Source: Podarcis gaigeae (lineage: Eukaryota). Taken from it: a stretch of DNA of 64,000 nucleotides. The DNA lies in NCBI GenBank assembly GCA_964106915.2, contig OZ066919.1. One strand, given 5' to 3'. The notes beneath the pieces were generated by a model. It was not told where the DNA came from. It ran no database searches and saw only the letters and a program-made list of their open reading frames with translations. Made by a program: the position numbers and the translations under genes. Shown piece by piece: positions 1-13,949 of the stretch. Numbering within the stretch: position 1 is the first letter of the stretch; the number at the start of each line of letters is the position of its first letter.

Positions 1-129
1 TTTGTAAATTTTATTCATTGTTTTATTATTGTATTTTGCTATGAGTATTGATTGTGCAGTGCCCTGAAATCCAAAAGGGTGAAGAGGAGAATAAAAATGC
101 TTTAAATGAACAACTCTCCTGGTACTTTT

Positions 130-365
130 TGTAGCTTTCAGCACTATCAGCCACGATATCCTTCTTGCTTGGCTACATGAGATGTGCACTGGGGACATTG
201 GGCCACAGTGGTTCCATCCATACCTAGGTGGCCATTTCCAGAAAGTGATATTGAGGGACTACTACTCTGCCCCGTGGCATTTACGGCAGGGTTCCACTCC
301 AAGTTCTATTGAAAACTACTGAGCAAGTTCATCCAGGGATTTGGGGGTGTAATGTCATTAATATG
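130..365 (+). mobile_element. Degraded L2 LINE reverse-transcriptase fragment
   Basis: Decayed AF.TI.HDILL..L, QWF..YL..HFQKV and QGS-like segments typical of L2 ORF2. Confidence 0.6.
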
Positions 366-1895
366 CTGAGGCTCAAAAGTGTCCTATATCTGCCTAAAAA
401 TAAATGCATATATAAACGTATAACATTCAGAAGTAGCTGGATGGAGAATTCCCTACATGCCATTCAAAGTTGCTGATAAACTAACAAACTGCCAAGGTTT
501 TTAATTAAGTTCTTCATAACTGAACAGTTCACTTTCCATTCTATGGGTTACACAGGAAATCCATGCTCAACCCTCCTTCCCACCACCCATTCTTTATGGG
601 TCCTGCTTCTCCAGATGCACTTTGAAATATAAATCGTGCCCTTCTTCACATAGAAAAATACCTAGGATCCCTGGAATCTTCATTTTAAAGGTTTTTGGTA
701 GCAGGTGTCCGCTTGAAGACCCACTATCACTGGGCCAGATAGTCCAAGTGTCTTGACTCCAATTATAAAGACAACTTTGGAAGATTTCAGATTAGTGCTT
801 GAAGGGTAAACAAGCATGTAAGACATAAACATTAAGACAGCCATCCTGAAGTAGCAGTATTCTCAAATGGCAAATATATTTCACCCTTAATTTAGGTAAC
901 TTTGAGGATGATGCTCCTGCAGAAGGAGCACTGGCTTCACCCATCAGGCTGGCAGCCAAAAGGTGCCTGCAGAGACCGGAGAGCCTGGAAGGGCCAGCAT
1001 GTCAGCAGGCCAGTCGCCGGCAAAATGCCTGACTGATGGCCCTGTGCTTCACTAGCTATTTTACATGGAGCATGGCTGATCAAAGCTATCCCCACTGTGT
1101 ACTATGGAGCAATAAAAATAAAAAAACCCACAGGAAGAATTCCTTAGGCAGGTAATGGGCACTTTATTCCTTTTTATGGCACTAAACATAGGCAGCTGGC
1201 ATAATTACACTACAATAAAGGCATAATGTGCACCCAGCAGAACGAATGCGAGGCTTCTGATAATTAGGCAGAGCAAACAGTCTGGGATTCAACCACATGG
1301 TTTTACTTGGTCTCCTGGATCTGTCTGAGCCCAATTCCCAAAGCAGGCCAAGTCTGTCCCCCATGAAATCTTAACCCAGCTCAACTTTTTCCTGGCTAGG
1401 ATTGCTCTCTTTATTATTGCTTGTTTCTCCAATCTCACAAGATAAGAAGCACAGCCCCAGCTAGGATCCCGTAGCTCTACTAACAGAAATGTATCAATTC
1501 AAAAGAATATATGGAACCTAGATGGTAACACAGAGTTGTGCCTTGGGTCTCTGTACTGACATTGGTATAAACTTCTTTTTGGACAGCTGTATGCACCCAG
1601 CTCTGAGCAGGTTATAAAACAATACAGCAAAGAGCAAATGTTGTACTGTCAATCACTGTCCAACTACTTATACGACAGAAATGGGGATCAATGAGAATAA
1701 TACATGTTTGAGGGTGACTTGCTTTGAGAACCATGCCAGACACCCAGGATCTGTTGGTACTAAGGACTAACCTATAGGTTCTGAAACAAAAAAATTGAAG
1801 AATGGAAAAAGATAACATCAGGAGCCTTCAGAGCTATAGAATTCTCCTACTACCCCACAAATAGCAATTCCTCAGGTGTCAGGGTCTAATTAAGA

Positions 1896-1930
1896 ATGAT
1901 GATGATGATGATGATGATGGTGATGATGAT
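1896..1930. repeat. (ATG)n microsatellite
   Basis: Directly visible gatgatgat run with one interruption. Confidence 0.95.
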
Positions 1931-2767
1931 ACCACCTTGCTGGACAGGTTTATAATCTTAAGCACTGACAACATGCAGCTGAAATCTAGGAGAGTAGCAA
2001 AATCTGAGCCAGCATTTCTAAACAGTCTTTAAAATATTAATCAAGAAAAGAAGAAGCAGATTTGCAAGATTGAGCAGAACTCAAAGTTTAGGGCTCAGCA
2101 CGCTTGGATCATTGCAAGAGTTTCCTCAAGTGTAGGGAAAAAAACCTTTTTAGCGTGAGCATGTGCATCTGGGCTCTAATTGTCATTGCTGAGAGTCAGT
2201 GTTACTACAATCTAGATTCCTTGGGGAGCAGACCCATATTTTTCACCCTACTAACAAGCCTCAATAACATAATCAGTACCCCTCTTTGCAGCCAGAGTTG
2301 TCAGATCTTTCAGACATTTCTATTAACACCATTCTAACACTTCAGAAAGATGTTACCTGCAACCCTGGCCTTGGGACACACTATGCTGGTATGGTTTTTA
2401 CTAAAAACAGGTAACACTATGTTCCAAGAGTAAAAGGAGGCATTGCATTCTCCTCTATAGGAGAAATGAGGGTCACATGCAGTGTGGGAAGCAAGCAAGG
2501 GGCAGAGAAACAGAAAGGGGTATCTTGCCCATTTGGGCTCCAGTCCAAACCACAACGTCTTTTAGCCCCTTCCACTGATGGCATGTAGACCCCACATTAA
2601 ATTAATAAAGGGAATACAAGTAAATTGAGACACTTAAGAGTCTGTCCCTCTCCCTCTCTGACTCACTCAAGTTTCTAAGCAGTATACAGGAAACCCAATA
2701 AAATACAATAAAAACAAGTGATAAAATCAGAATTCAGTTAAAAAGTCTGCCTGGAATTTTAAAAAAT

Positions 2768-3103
2768 GGTCCAGTATACCTGAAGGAACATCTCCACCCC
2801 CACCATTCTGCACGGACACTGAGGTCCAGCTCAGGGGGCCTTCTACCTGGTTCCCTCACTGTGAGAAGCGAAGTTACAGGGAACCAGGCAGAGGGCCTTC
2901 TTGGTGGTGGTGCCCACCCTGTGGAACACCCTCCCATCAGACAAGGAAATAAACAACTATCTGACTTTTAGAAGACATATGAAGGCAGCCCTGTTTAGGG
3001 AAGCTTTTAATATATGATGAATTATTGTATTTTAATATTTTGATGGAAGCCTCCCAGAGTGGCTGGGGAAAGCCAGCCAGATGGGCAGGGTATTATTATT
3101 ATT

Positions 3104-3138
<35 letters not shown>
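2768..3138 (+). mobile_element. L2 LINE 3' end (lacertid-type) with (TAT)/(AAT) tail
   Basis: ORF2 C-terminal remnants YLKEHL..RTLRSS and RAFLVVVPTLWNTLP, the 3'UTR ggaagcctcccagagtggctggggaaagccagccagatgggcagggta, then a trinucleotide tail at 3091-3138. Confidence 0.85.
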
Positions 3139-3142
<4 letters not shown>

Positions 3143-6100
3143 CTACTCACCTCTGTATTGCCATGAGGAAGAAACTGCAAATACTGAATCTCAAAGCATT
3201 GTATTTTAACCTTCAGCCCCACTTCCCGCTCCCTAAGGGAATGAAAGCTACAAAGGACCAATGGGACCTTTGCACATCTAGAATTCTTTATGTGTGCCAC
3301 AGGAAGTGGAAGCGTGGGGGAAACAGGAGCTTGTGTATGATTTACCTTCCAATCTCTTTCCTAAGCCTTTTAACCCCTTCATAGCACATGAGTGGCTAAT
3401 AAGAATATGAAATGGATACCAGTCCCAGCAATACGTCTTCCCTTTCCTTCTGTCTACTAGATTCCATCCAATCATTTTCCACACATGTGGCAAGTGCCTC
3501 TCCACTCTCACCTGGCCTGGAATGCAGCCCACGTTGCAGGATTATTGTAAGACATGCCCTGCCTTTAATCCCTTCTTCTCTAGTCTTGCTCTAGTATTGA
3601 CTGCGGGGGAGGAAGGGTCAGGTGCGAGGTCAAGCTTGTCTCTTTCAACACTGGTACGCGACAAGCATTCTAGCCTCACAGCCGATTTCAAGATACACTG
3701 AAATCCAGCAAAGCAACCAGAAGGAAAACAAGGAGTTCTATAAGAGACTATGGGGCTGGGGCAGGGCGAGGGCGTGAGTAGGAAGCTAGGACTGTTGACA
3801 TCTACATGAATACCATCTAACTTTGGACTGGTGTCACCTGAGGTCTGGCACTTGGCATCTAACAGATAGTGACGGTGTTGGGCCAGGCCAAAGAATTATA
3901 TATCCATATACACAAGCGTACAAGAGAAAACATTTTTAGAGTGAGTATGCGCCCTTACATTCCCATAGTGGCTATACTTTGCAGCTGTGCTTAAAAAGTG
4001 ATGTTGCACAAAATCCCTCCACATCTGAGAAGCTAATGACAAGAGGTACACTAACGTATCAGCACAAGACACCACAAATCTGCAATTCCTGTTCCTTTTG
4101 CATTTTGGGTCATACCTTCAGAATATGGGTATCTTGACCAGCAGGTGGTCTTTATGATAGTGCAAAAACATTTATGTGGGAGTCCACATCTTTTTCCAAA
4201 ATTTAGAGGTCTAGTTGTTTACTGACACAACAAGTACCATTTTCTAGACAAAGAAAACTAACAGAACCATGGTATTTTAATTGCATACTTTTTAGCAGCA
4301 ATTTACCCACAGCATTTTTGTAGTCTTCCTGCCACAGGCTCCATTATGACTCTTCTTGAGTTGGTGGTCTATAAAAGATCAGACTTACAAAAATGTTGGT
4401 CTGTTTCAGCATCCTAGACTCTCACAATCTCATCTCAGAAAGTGGCTTTCTTATATGCACTGAGCCCTGCATTGTTGGTGTTAATAAGCAATATCTAGTA
4501 TCTAGTTTGTCTCATAGCAAGTAGACAGCTCTTGCTCGATCTATAGGCAATTCTTGTAGCAGCTGCCCTGCATGCAATATGATGCAGTTTGGACATGGGC
4601 AGCTTCACAGCAGGGCTGTATATTACAAGAGTCCCCAGTCCTTCTTCCCCAGTTGGGCGGATCAAAATGAACTTTTAACATGGCTTTTTTGAGTGGGGGT
4701 CAAGGTTAACTAATTTATGAAATACTCTTTGCCACTCTTAAAAGTTTATGGTGGATTGAAATGGATATGATTTGGAAGCAAAACATGATTTGAAAAGTAT
4801 ATTTTTACTGCTATGAGGCAGCCTAGACAAGGAAGACCTAACTCACCCCAAGTTCAAAGATATTTCCCTCTCTCCCCAACCCCATTAGCAGAATATGACT
4901 GACCCTTAATATATCCTAATCTTCTAATGAGATCTGAATATATAAGGTCTGAAATAGGGTTTAATTTTACTCATTTGTTTACTCATTTATTCATTTTATA
5001 AACCTGATTTGAATTAGGTCACTAATTTGAGCCCCCAGGATTTTGGTTTGCTCTGTTGAAACCTATAACCTTTTCAATTTTTCTTTCTTTCTTAATATAT
5101 TTCAGATATGAACATTACTGGCAAGGCATCACATAGTATTACCTGTAAAGAGGCCTGTTTGTTTGACAGTATCCCAGCTAATTCCATCTTTACAGATGCA
5201 AACTACAGAGCACAAGGTCTAAATAAAATTTCAGAAATAGTCATATACAGTAAGATGTCTAAGCTCATATGTCCCTTCACTGTGGCACTGTGCAGCAACA
5301 GCATTCAAGCAAGTATAACAGGAAGAGGTCTACATTCAATTAGCCTAAGAAGCACCACATTAACCATCACAGACAAGACCAGATGGCAACTAGCAGGACT
5401 GTAAGCACACAGAACAAATGCTCAGGCAAAGTAAAGGAAAGCTGGCTGAAAAAAGCACTGCGTCAACTACTATACTGTTTGCTGTCAAAATACATTGTTT
5501 TAAAAGTTTCAGAACTTCAATAAATAATGATTGGGGGGGGGGAGAGGAAAAAGCATTGTGGGAAATGTACCCAGAAAGTCGGGGCCTCGGATGATGCAAT
5601 ACATTAGCACATCTGGTGAATGGCTCACATAAGACCAAATTTTCAGGTTTGGGTCAGGCCAGGCCAGGCATCGGCGATATATAGCTTAACATGCTGTGCT
5701 TTTCTGGTTAATGATCTGGATGGAAGCTAGTCTGATATGTGAATGTACCTAACTAGGGATTTGCTTTCCCCAGGGTTAATAACCACATGAGGATTAATTG
5801 GGAAAACTCTTTTCTTTCTTAATCCAAATAGCAAATTTATGATAACAGAATCAAGTATGACTCTAGGGTGGCTTGAGCAGGAGCTAAACTCCACCCTCCC
5901 TCTCTCTTCCCCTCCCCCACCCCGGGTTCATTGGATCTCCTAAGTGGCCTTAGACCAGCCACTTTTTCTCAGTTTCAGCCCTCCACCACCAACAATGCAG
6001 GGAATCTACGTTGCTGGAATCTTAGTTATCCCTACATTACTAAAATATTAGCAATACTATTTTTTAAAAATCAGCATGAAAAAGATATAAAGTGAACAAC

Positions 6101-7179
6101 TGCCACCCACTTACAAATCTGCACAGAGATTCAGCCAACCTAGCCAATGATCCAACACAGTAGGCAAAGGCAACTGGGACTTTTGCAAATTCCACATTCT
6201 CTTGCTGTTCCTAGGACATCTATCAATCAACAGTCTTTTGTAGTACATGAGAATATCCCCAGAGGAAATACTACCTGACATAAGTATGAAGATCTGTCAC
6301 CAGTGCCTTGTTCAGCTGGTATAGAATTAAATTCATGCATGTTTGCCCCAAAAGTTGTGATAATCCTACAACTATTTTCTTAATATGCCCAAGGCCTATG
6401 TAATTATAATTTATATAGATCCAAGAGGTTTGAGCGGCTTACAAATAACAATTTAAATAGTCACCAATAACTTAATACAAATCAAGACTATAAACCCAAA
6501 ATTATATAAGAGAGTATAAAAGGACATTTGAAAAACCAACAACCAGGATACCATAAGAAGATAGTAATTCAAATGTAAGTTTAACTTTAAAAACCTTAAT
6601 ACTTTTAACTTGGCCAATGAAAACCTTTCAAAAATGTTAAAAGCATACAAAATTGGGTTCCAGGGGGCTTGGTGACCATCAAGCCACACCTGGGAACTTC
6701 CTGAACTTACCTGGTGGGCAGGTGTTACTTTTAGTACCCTATCCCTAACTAATGTTAAGGGCTTTGGGAAAAGAGACATTCCTCAGGCAACTAGGACCCC
6801 AAATAATGTCTAGAGATAGCACAAATTCACCCCAATAATTCTCATTCAAAATTCCTGGAAAACTACTACAGGCAGTTGAACAATTTTCGTTGAAGGGAGA
6901 AATGCACATCATCACTGAGATTTGGCATTCAAAGCTCACCTTTCCCCACCATAAATCCAACACTGATTTATAAATTTATGTTTACACATCCAAGTTAAGA
7001 ATCAAGTAGATCCCTTGTGGAGTACACTGCAGCAGGATAGAGGGGACCCAGTATCTTTAAGGCCTTTCCTGGATGCCCTTTCCGTCTCCAATGACTACCC
7101 GCTAGCTCTCTCCCTTTGATTTAAGAGTTCCTCTCGTGGCCCTGACAGTAAGGTATTTCTGTCCCACAGATTATAACTC

Positions 7180-7860
7180 ACTCTGGGCTATTATTCAACT
7201 CCCAAGCCCTGGCCCTGCTGCATTTAGTCCAAACATAATATCCTTCATGCATATATTATCTGTCTCCCTATTATCTGGAATCATTTCGGAATTAAATTTC
7301 AGTCCTGCAATATTGGCTCGAAGAGCGGCTCGCTTTATGGGCTAGTCAAAGGTTAGAATACCAATCAAAATAACATTGCCGATGCAGCGAGACATTTTAA
7401 TATTCCAAAACCCGGTAATTGTAAAAGGACATAATATTTTTTCCCTGATTACCCCAAAGGCAACACATGTTAACAAGGCGAGGGAGAGAGTGAAAGGATT
7501 TCCAGAGTTCAAGACAGCTGTGTGACAGATTTAAAGGCAAAGTAGTAGAAAGCTGGCCCCATGCAGCCTTCCAGGAAGGAGGGAGGAAGAAGCACACCTG
7601 CCCCTATTGATCAGATCAATGAACCCAGTGTCACTCACTCTGCGATTGGCTAGTTACCAGTATCATTTGAGCTATCACATGACTGTCAAGCTGATCGCAT
7701 GCGCTTCGGAAAGCTGCTGGGCTAAAGGAACAGTCATTACATAAGATAACAACCCACAAAATGGCACAATGAAAATTACTAATTCCAGTCCAAGAAGTGC
7801 TCGAAGTTAGAAAGCAGGCAATAAGATAACAATGGCAAGCGTTGTGTTATGATTTCTGTC
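7180..7860. promoter_or_regulatory. Candidate conserved noncoding element(s)
   Basis: Repeat-free and CpG-retaining, with palindromic TF-type sites plus HOX/SOX/TCF/MEIS motifs. Conservation not tested. Confidence 0.55.
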
Positions 7861-8249
7861 AGCAACAACAACAAACATTCTGACCCTACTCCTGTAGTCC
7901 CTTTAGTTTTTAGGATCAGCCTCTGAATTAGGCATATGTTTTAATGTTAAGGAAATGCTTCAGATCAAAAGTTGCTTAGCTTAGTAATTTGCCATGCAAA
8001 AACTAATTATTTCCACTATCTGGGTCACTTTGGGCCTTCAGTAAATTTATGTGAACCTTATGTCAATCCTGTTTGACCAGACAAACGATCCACCTAGCCC
8101 TATGTCCCATTCTTGACAAAAGCCAAATAAAGATGCTTGAAGAAATATATAGCAGCAGTCCATTCTTGGTCATCCACTCCCAATCACCAGTTTTAAAGTT
8201 TAGAGACATCCTAAATATTAGAATAGATGCCCTGAGCATGCTAATAAAG

Positions 8250-8500
8250 AGCTATTGATATTCTTATCTTCCATTAATTCGTCTAAGGGGTTTTATTATT
8301 ATTGCCCAGCTGTACTGATAGCAGAGAGTTCCACAAATAAACTGAGGGTTGTGTGAAAATAGTTTATGTGCTTGTTTTAAACCTGCTGCTTGTTAATTTC
8401 ATTGGAGGTTCACTGGTTGCAGTAACTACTTGAAAGGGTAAAAGGTCTGTTTCCTGGCTACTCTTTCTACTCCACTCACGGTTTTATATACTTCTGCTTA
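8250..8500 (-). mobile_element. Old CR1 LINE 3' fragment
   Basis: gagagttccacaaataaactgagggttgtgtgaaaatag...ttaatttcattgg resembles the reverse complement of a CR1 3' region. Confidence 0.5.
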
Positions 8501-8769
8501 GAAAAGTAATAGATAAGAGTGGGTATTGCAGGAAAGTCCAGATATTTAACCCTTCCTCATATATGTAAGGTAGTGCATACCTTGATGGTATTTTTCTGCT
8601 CGTCTTGAGGTGGAATCCAATGCTGCAGAAACAGCCTTCAACTTGTGCAACAGGACTTCACCTTTTTCTCCCTCACATACCCACAAAATTTACTCCTTGG
8701 GATCCCACACCTTCTAAAACAGATTTTGAGGGCATGTAGAGGACTGTAGGAAGGAGAAGGCCATGTCCC

Positions 8770-9340
8770 ATTATGTGAACACAAGTTCATTCTGCTTGCA
8801 CCCAGACAGCACTGAATATAACCCTCTATTCCTCTTCTCAATTACTTGGGTCTTCCTTTCCCCCCTTTTTGAAGATGGGGGCAACATTTGCCTGCCTCCA
8901 ATCTGTAGGGACCTCACCTGTTCTCCAATAATTCTCAAAGATAATAGACAAAGGCTCTGAAATTACATCCACAAACTCCTTTAGTATCCTTGGATACAGC
9001 TCATTAGGCTCTGGAGATCTGAATTCATTTTAAATAGCTAGGTGTTCCCTTACTACCTCTTTTCCTATCTTGGGCTACAGCTCCCTCATTACATCATTCT
9101 GTTATCACCAGGTTGGACATCGCTTCCTTTTGGGTGAAGACAGAGGCAAAGTAGGTGTTGAGTAGTTCCGCCTTTTCTCTGTCACCCAATAGCATTTCTC
9201 CATGTTTCCCACACAGAGGATCTACCACTTGCTTGCTCTTACTTCGGACATAGTCAAAGAAACCTTTTATTATTATTTTTAACCTCTCTTGCAAGCCTGA
9301 GCTCATTCTGAGCTTTAGCCAGCCTGAATTTCCCCAATGT
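8770..9340 (-). mobile_element. CR1 LINE ORF2 fragment (frameshifted)
   Basis: KAQNELRLAREVKNNNK, FFDYVRSK, DREKAELLNTYFASVFT and WRQANVAPIFKKG are hallmark CR1 ORF2 peptides. Confidence 0.92.
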
Positions 9341-9379
9341 GCCAATGTGCAATTCATCCATGTAGCCTACACACTGTGC

Positions 9380-9381
<2 letters not shown>

Positions 9382-9429
<48 letters not shown>
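9382..9429. repeat. (AC)24 microsatellite
   Basis: Directly visible. Confidence 0.97.
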
Positions 9430-9431
<2 letters not shown>

Positions 9432-11485
9432 AGCAGAAAGAAAACAATGTCAGTTAATATTAACAATAAGAATACTCCATAAAATATAATTTAAACATAT
9501 GGATTAATATAAAATGTCCATATGTCTGAACAGATATCCAAACAAGACTGGCAATTATAAGATATATGTTCAAATGTAAAAAAGGCAGTATGATCTTCAG
9601 ATCACTGAGTAATGAGTGGTGGGTCTTTAACCTTCCAATCTTGAATACAAATCTCTTTGCAACTATAGGGGGTCAAAGGATTGACTTTCGTTGTACATCT
9701 GTTAGTTACCACATCACAGGAATATAATTTAGAAGTGCATAAGTATCAAAAAATATCAAGGCTTTTTCCAAAGAAAAGTAAATACGAACAACAATTTCTG
9801 ACCAAAAAGGCACCACAGGACACACCCTCATCATAAATCTAAAAGAAGTATTATCAGCATTACATCACCAGGATGTATCTGAATGGGTTAGCTGTATATC
9901 ACTAAGGTTTTAACAGATCAGTGAACCACACAATTGTGCAGAGCATGAATGCAATTCATCAATGAGGTTGCTGGACTAGAGTCTACATGTGATAAAAATG
10001 CATTCGGTTCTGCGTTTGGTACTAAAGTTGAAATTGGCAACACTGCACCATCATCGTGTGACATACCAGATGGACTCTGGCCCAGCAACCTCATTAGCTA
10101 ATGCACCCATATGCTCACAGATATACATATACACAGTTATTCATACACCCATAAGGTTTATGAGGTACAATGCATGCAACATTGCACCCCTGCTTCCTGC
10201 CTTCTGCCACAATGGAGACCCAAACAGCACAGATTGCCCAGGATGACAATAAAAGCTATTTTGCTTTGTTTCCATAAGAGCATCCCTTTTGCTCCTTGTT
10301 AAGTCTTAATCAAAGTTATTTTATTACACAGCCTAAGGAGCTGCACCTTCTTGTTGGGCAACTACTGCTACTAATCGTTTATATAGTACCATCAATGCTC
10401 ATGGCATATTCCAGATCAAAGTGAGAGAGATGGATCCCTGTTCTAAAGAGTTTACAGCATAAAATTCAGTGGTAAAATGCAGCTGTCTGACCCAACTGAG
10501 CAGAAGTCTTAGCAGACAGATATTTGGAGACGGGTGCTTTGGCACATAGCTACATATGGCCTCCCTCCTCCTTGGACCTATGAGGGAGCAAGCAGTTTTG
10601 TGGTTACAGGCCCTCAGTGTCCAAAAGACAAATTGAAATGCATGTTATATTTAAGCTTTGCAGCATAGCAAATTGCTCTTCTGTAGTAGGCTTTCCCCAT
10701 ATGTATCTACCCTTTCCCCATAGACCCTCTACAGTTCCAGCATTTGTCAGTCCCACTACTGCTTCCTCCATCCTGGCCTGCAAGCACCCTTAGCTCTTCC
10801 AAACTTGGATATCACCATCTGAGACACAGTATCCTTCTTAAAATACCTTAATTTTGATCCACAGCACCTCTGCTGCTCATAAAGACAGCTTTTGACAGCA
10901 GCAGAAGGGAAGCCAGTCAACAGCACTCAACCACTATCTCAATGGCTGCCCACTGAGAAGGTTTAAGGGGAGATCTGATATATAAGAACATTCTAATAAA
11001 ATCCATATCCCCCGGTAGCCCCCGCCAATACAGATCTAGTCAAGGCAAAGAGCACAATAAACTCCCTGCCCTAAGTCCTAACTAAACTGACAGTTCATGA
11101 AGGATACAAGATCGCTCAGTGACATTAAAAATGTCAGCAAGAGGCCGATGCGGTTTGGCAGACAGGAAGCATTTGCAGGCAGGGGAAAGTAAAACTTGTG
11201 ACAACGCATCCAGCTATAAGCAGGGCTTGTTCTCATTGCTGCTGATTTCTGCCCACCCTAAGGTCTTGCATTTATCCAGCCCCTGCATCCATGTACAAGG
11301 CTATTGTTAAAGTATACGGGGGGAGACAGGACCTTTTACATTCAACCTGTTTCTGAACTTGCAACGAAGTCTAAGAATGCCTTCCAATTCCTACCAGAGT
11401 GGCTTTCCTAGCTTACACATCCAAGATGGCTTAAAACCATCTGAAAATCCTGCTAGCAACCAATCAGTATCAAGGACCTAACATG

Positions 11486-11572
11486 GGGTGGTAGTTAACC
11501 AAGTTTTACCAAGTTCATCAAGTTATTTAATTTCAATGGGTCTACTCTAAATAAAACTTAGTTGAATGCCAC
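11486..11572. mobile_element. Short palindromic MITE remnant
   Basis: Imperfect inverted termini ggtggtagttaaccaagtttta ... taaaacttagttgaatgccacc. Confidence 0.55.
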
Positions 11573-13399
11573 CTGTTATTTCTAAAGTGCTGTGAAATTT
11601 TTTTTGCCTAGGGTTGGAGATTTTTCAAGCTTGAGGCTGAAACACTCCTGTCTCTAGGCAGTTTGGAAAATATGGGGGCCGAGCACTCAGACCATTTCTG
11701 TTCTTTCCACATTTTGCAGAACAAGTGAGCTTCTATTTCCTTCTGACAAAGCCAAGTATGGGTCACCACACTTGACAAGAGAGTGAGTGGCTTTCTAAGT
11801 GATGTTAACTCTGATCTTGTCTGTTTTATCTACATGAGCCCTGATCTCTACTGCTCTACTGATCCTCTGTCCTGGGGTTTCATGCTGCTCCCATTCCTGC
11901 CATACTGAAGCATCATGAATTCTGATCAAACATCAGCACCATGAAGCTATTCCCTGAAAGAGACATAAAATTTCCCTCTGCCTGCATGTCAAAATGGATT
12001 ATACATAATAAAGAAAGCAGGCTTCTAACAGTCTGAACCCGATAGCCCAAAATGATAGCAAAAAAGACATAATGTATTGTCCCAAGGGCAGGAGGTGCAA
12101 CACAGCTAAGGGTTTCAGCCAGCTAATATCAAACATCACCACGCAGAGCGATTTGACTTTTTTGTATGTCCATCAACCTGCTGGTTATATCACTGCTATC
12201 CATTCACCAGAAGTTTAGTGAACTTCAAATGGCGATCATTAATGGTCACTGAACTGCACAACGCCCCAATGTGCTTTCAGATTGCATTTGCAAAAGCCCA
12301 GCAATAAGGCAAGAGATTTGCTCTGACAGCAGGAAACCCTTGTCAAGCTCAGTGAGGAACATGCTGCCAGCCTCCCCCTTGTTACATTCAGGCCCTACCC
12401 TGATTTGACAGAACAGAAAATGCTTTTTTATTTTATTTTTTAAAAAAACTATTACCATTCAGAATGCCACTCTTGCTTTCACTTTATTTATTTTTTTAAA
12501 AATAGGCAAAACAAAATAGGAAGAGCCAAATTACACGAGCATTTCATAAAGCAAGCTCCTACATATGGTTTGAAAATACAAAGTTGCTGAATTCAGTGGC
12601 ACCACTCATGCCATTCATTAACAGAATACAGAAATTGTTTAAAGCATTGTAACATTTCCTTGCACAACACTGGGTTTGACTTTTTTGCACCAATTGCCTG
12701 TATCCACTAACTGTCTCCTTATCAACACGGGGGTTGGGGGACGGCCTTTTCCATGTATGCAATTCTCTTGTATGCCGGGGGAGGGGGGTCTCTAGAGAAA
12801 TACAAAATGCCTGAGTAGTTAATCCATTAGGTTTGAACGAACGAGAGAGGTATCTGTGCTTAAAGCTCCGGTGGTCATACTGTTAAGCAGTTTGGGACAC
12901 ATAATTTGGAGCAGGGGAGTTGTTGTTTTAAAGGTTTGTACGAAGCAGAAAGTCTTAAGCAGGTTATTTTTCTATGCACTTTCCAGACCTTTAGCACTGA
13001 GAAACAGCTGGCTAATATTCACTGGCGGGCAGGGGGAGGTGAGAGGGAGAGAGACTTAGAAGCCCGGGTGGGGGGTGGAGCAGACTTGGATATGCTCCAG
13101 CTGACCCAGCCTTTCCCAGAGAGAGGCTGAGTTATTATGCATAGAGGTGCTGTGTTAGGGTGGCCACAATGGGATTCTCCTCAGCTGCAGACCATATTCC
13201 ATCAAGTACAGTAAGACTCTATTAGGGGAGATACAATAGGAACTTCGCTTCACCCGGCCTCTGAGAAAATAACTCCTCATTTCAATGCAAAACAGCCGTG
13301 CTTATTAAATACCTCCTTGAAGGAGCCAAGGAAGGGAGAAGGGGAAATGAAGAGGCAGCCAAGGGGTGGTGGGGAAAGGGAGATTTGCAATGAAAGTAC

Positions 13400-13472
13400 C
13401 TTTTTGAGATTAATCCACTGTTTGAAGTAATCAGCAACTGGAAGCCCTAAGTATTGGCATTGTCCAGGTAAC
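13400..13472 (-). CDS. ERI3: ERI3 coding exon (human exon 7 equivalent)
   Basis: 73 nt. Acceptor ctcctctcttacag|G, donor AAG|gtactt. The first G completes the ATG begun in the previous exon, followed by LPGQCQYLGLPVADYFKQWINLKK. Confidence 0.97.
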
Positions 13473-13949
13473 CTGTAAGAGAGGAGAGAGAACAGGTTGG
13501 ATTCCACTGAAGGAGCCTGACATCACAAAATAAACTTTATTAAACACTTCTGGTTTTGAGAAAGAGGATAGAATAAAATGCTCTAGCCTGCATTTCAGAA
13601 TGGTCCCACACATTTGACAGAGGCCACTCAAACACAGGAGCCCAACCCAAACCCAAGCTTGGGATGGCTAGACAACAGGCATTATACATCCAAGATGCTA
13701 GACATTTTCATTGAGGACTTAGAAGTTGTCGCCCGAATTTCACATGCAACCCATGAACATAGCAGTCATTTTTAAAAGGTGTGTAGGCCTGGTTAGATAA
13801 AACTAATCATCTTCAACTAGTGGTTAGTTCCATAAGAAGATTAGCAAAGTAGCTCAGTATGTTCTGGTGAGCCCATGGGCATATGACTTTAGGCACATGC
13901 CTTTCTTTGGTTGTTTCACCTATGTTTATGCACTCAAGAACAGTCAACT

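Noticed and set aside
1-13399. Remaining ERI3 3' exons, or an intronic snoRNA/miRNA
   Set aside because: I saw no sequence encoding the ExoIII region and no supportable C/D or H/ACA structure. An Rfam/Infernal scan would be needed to exclude ncRNAs.
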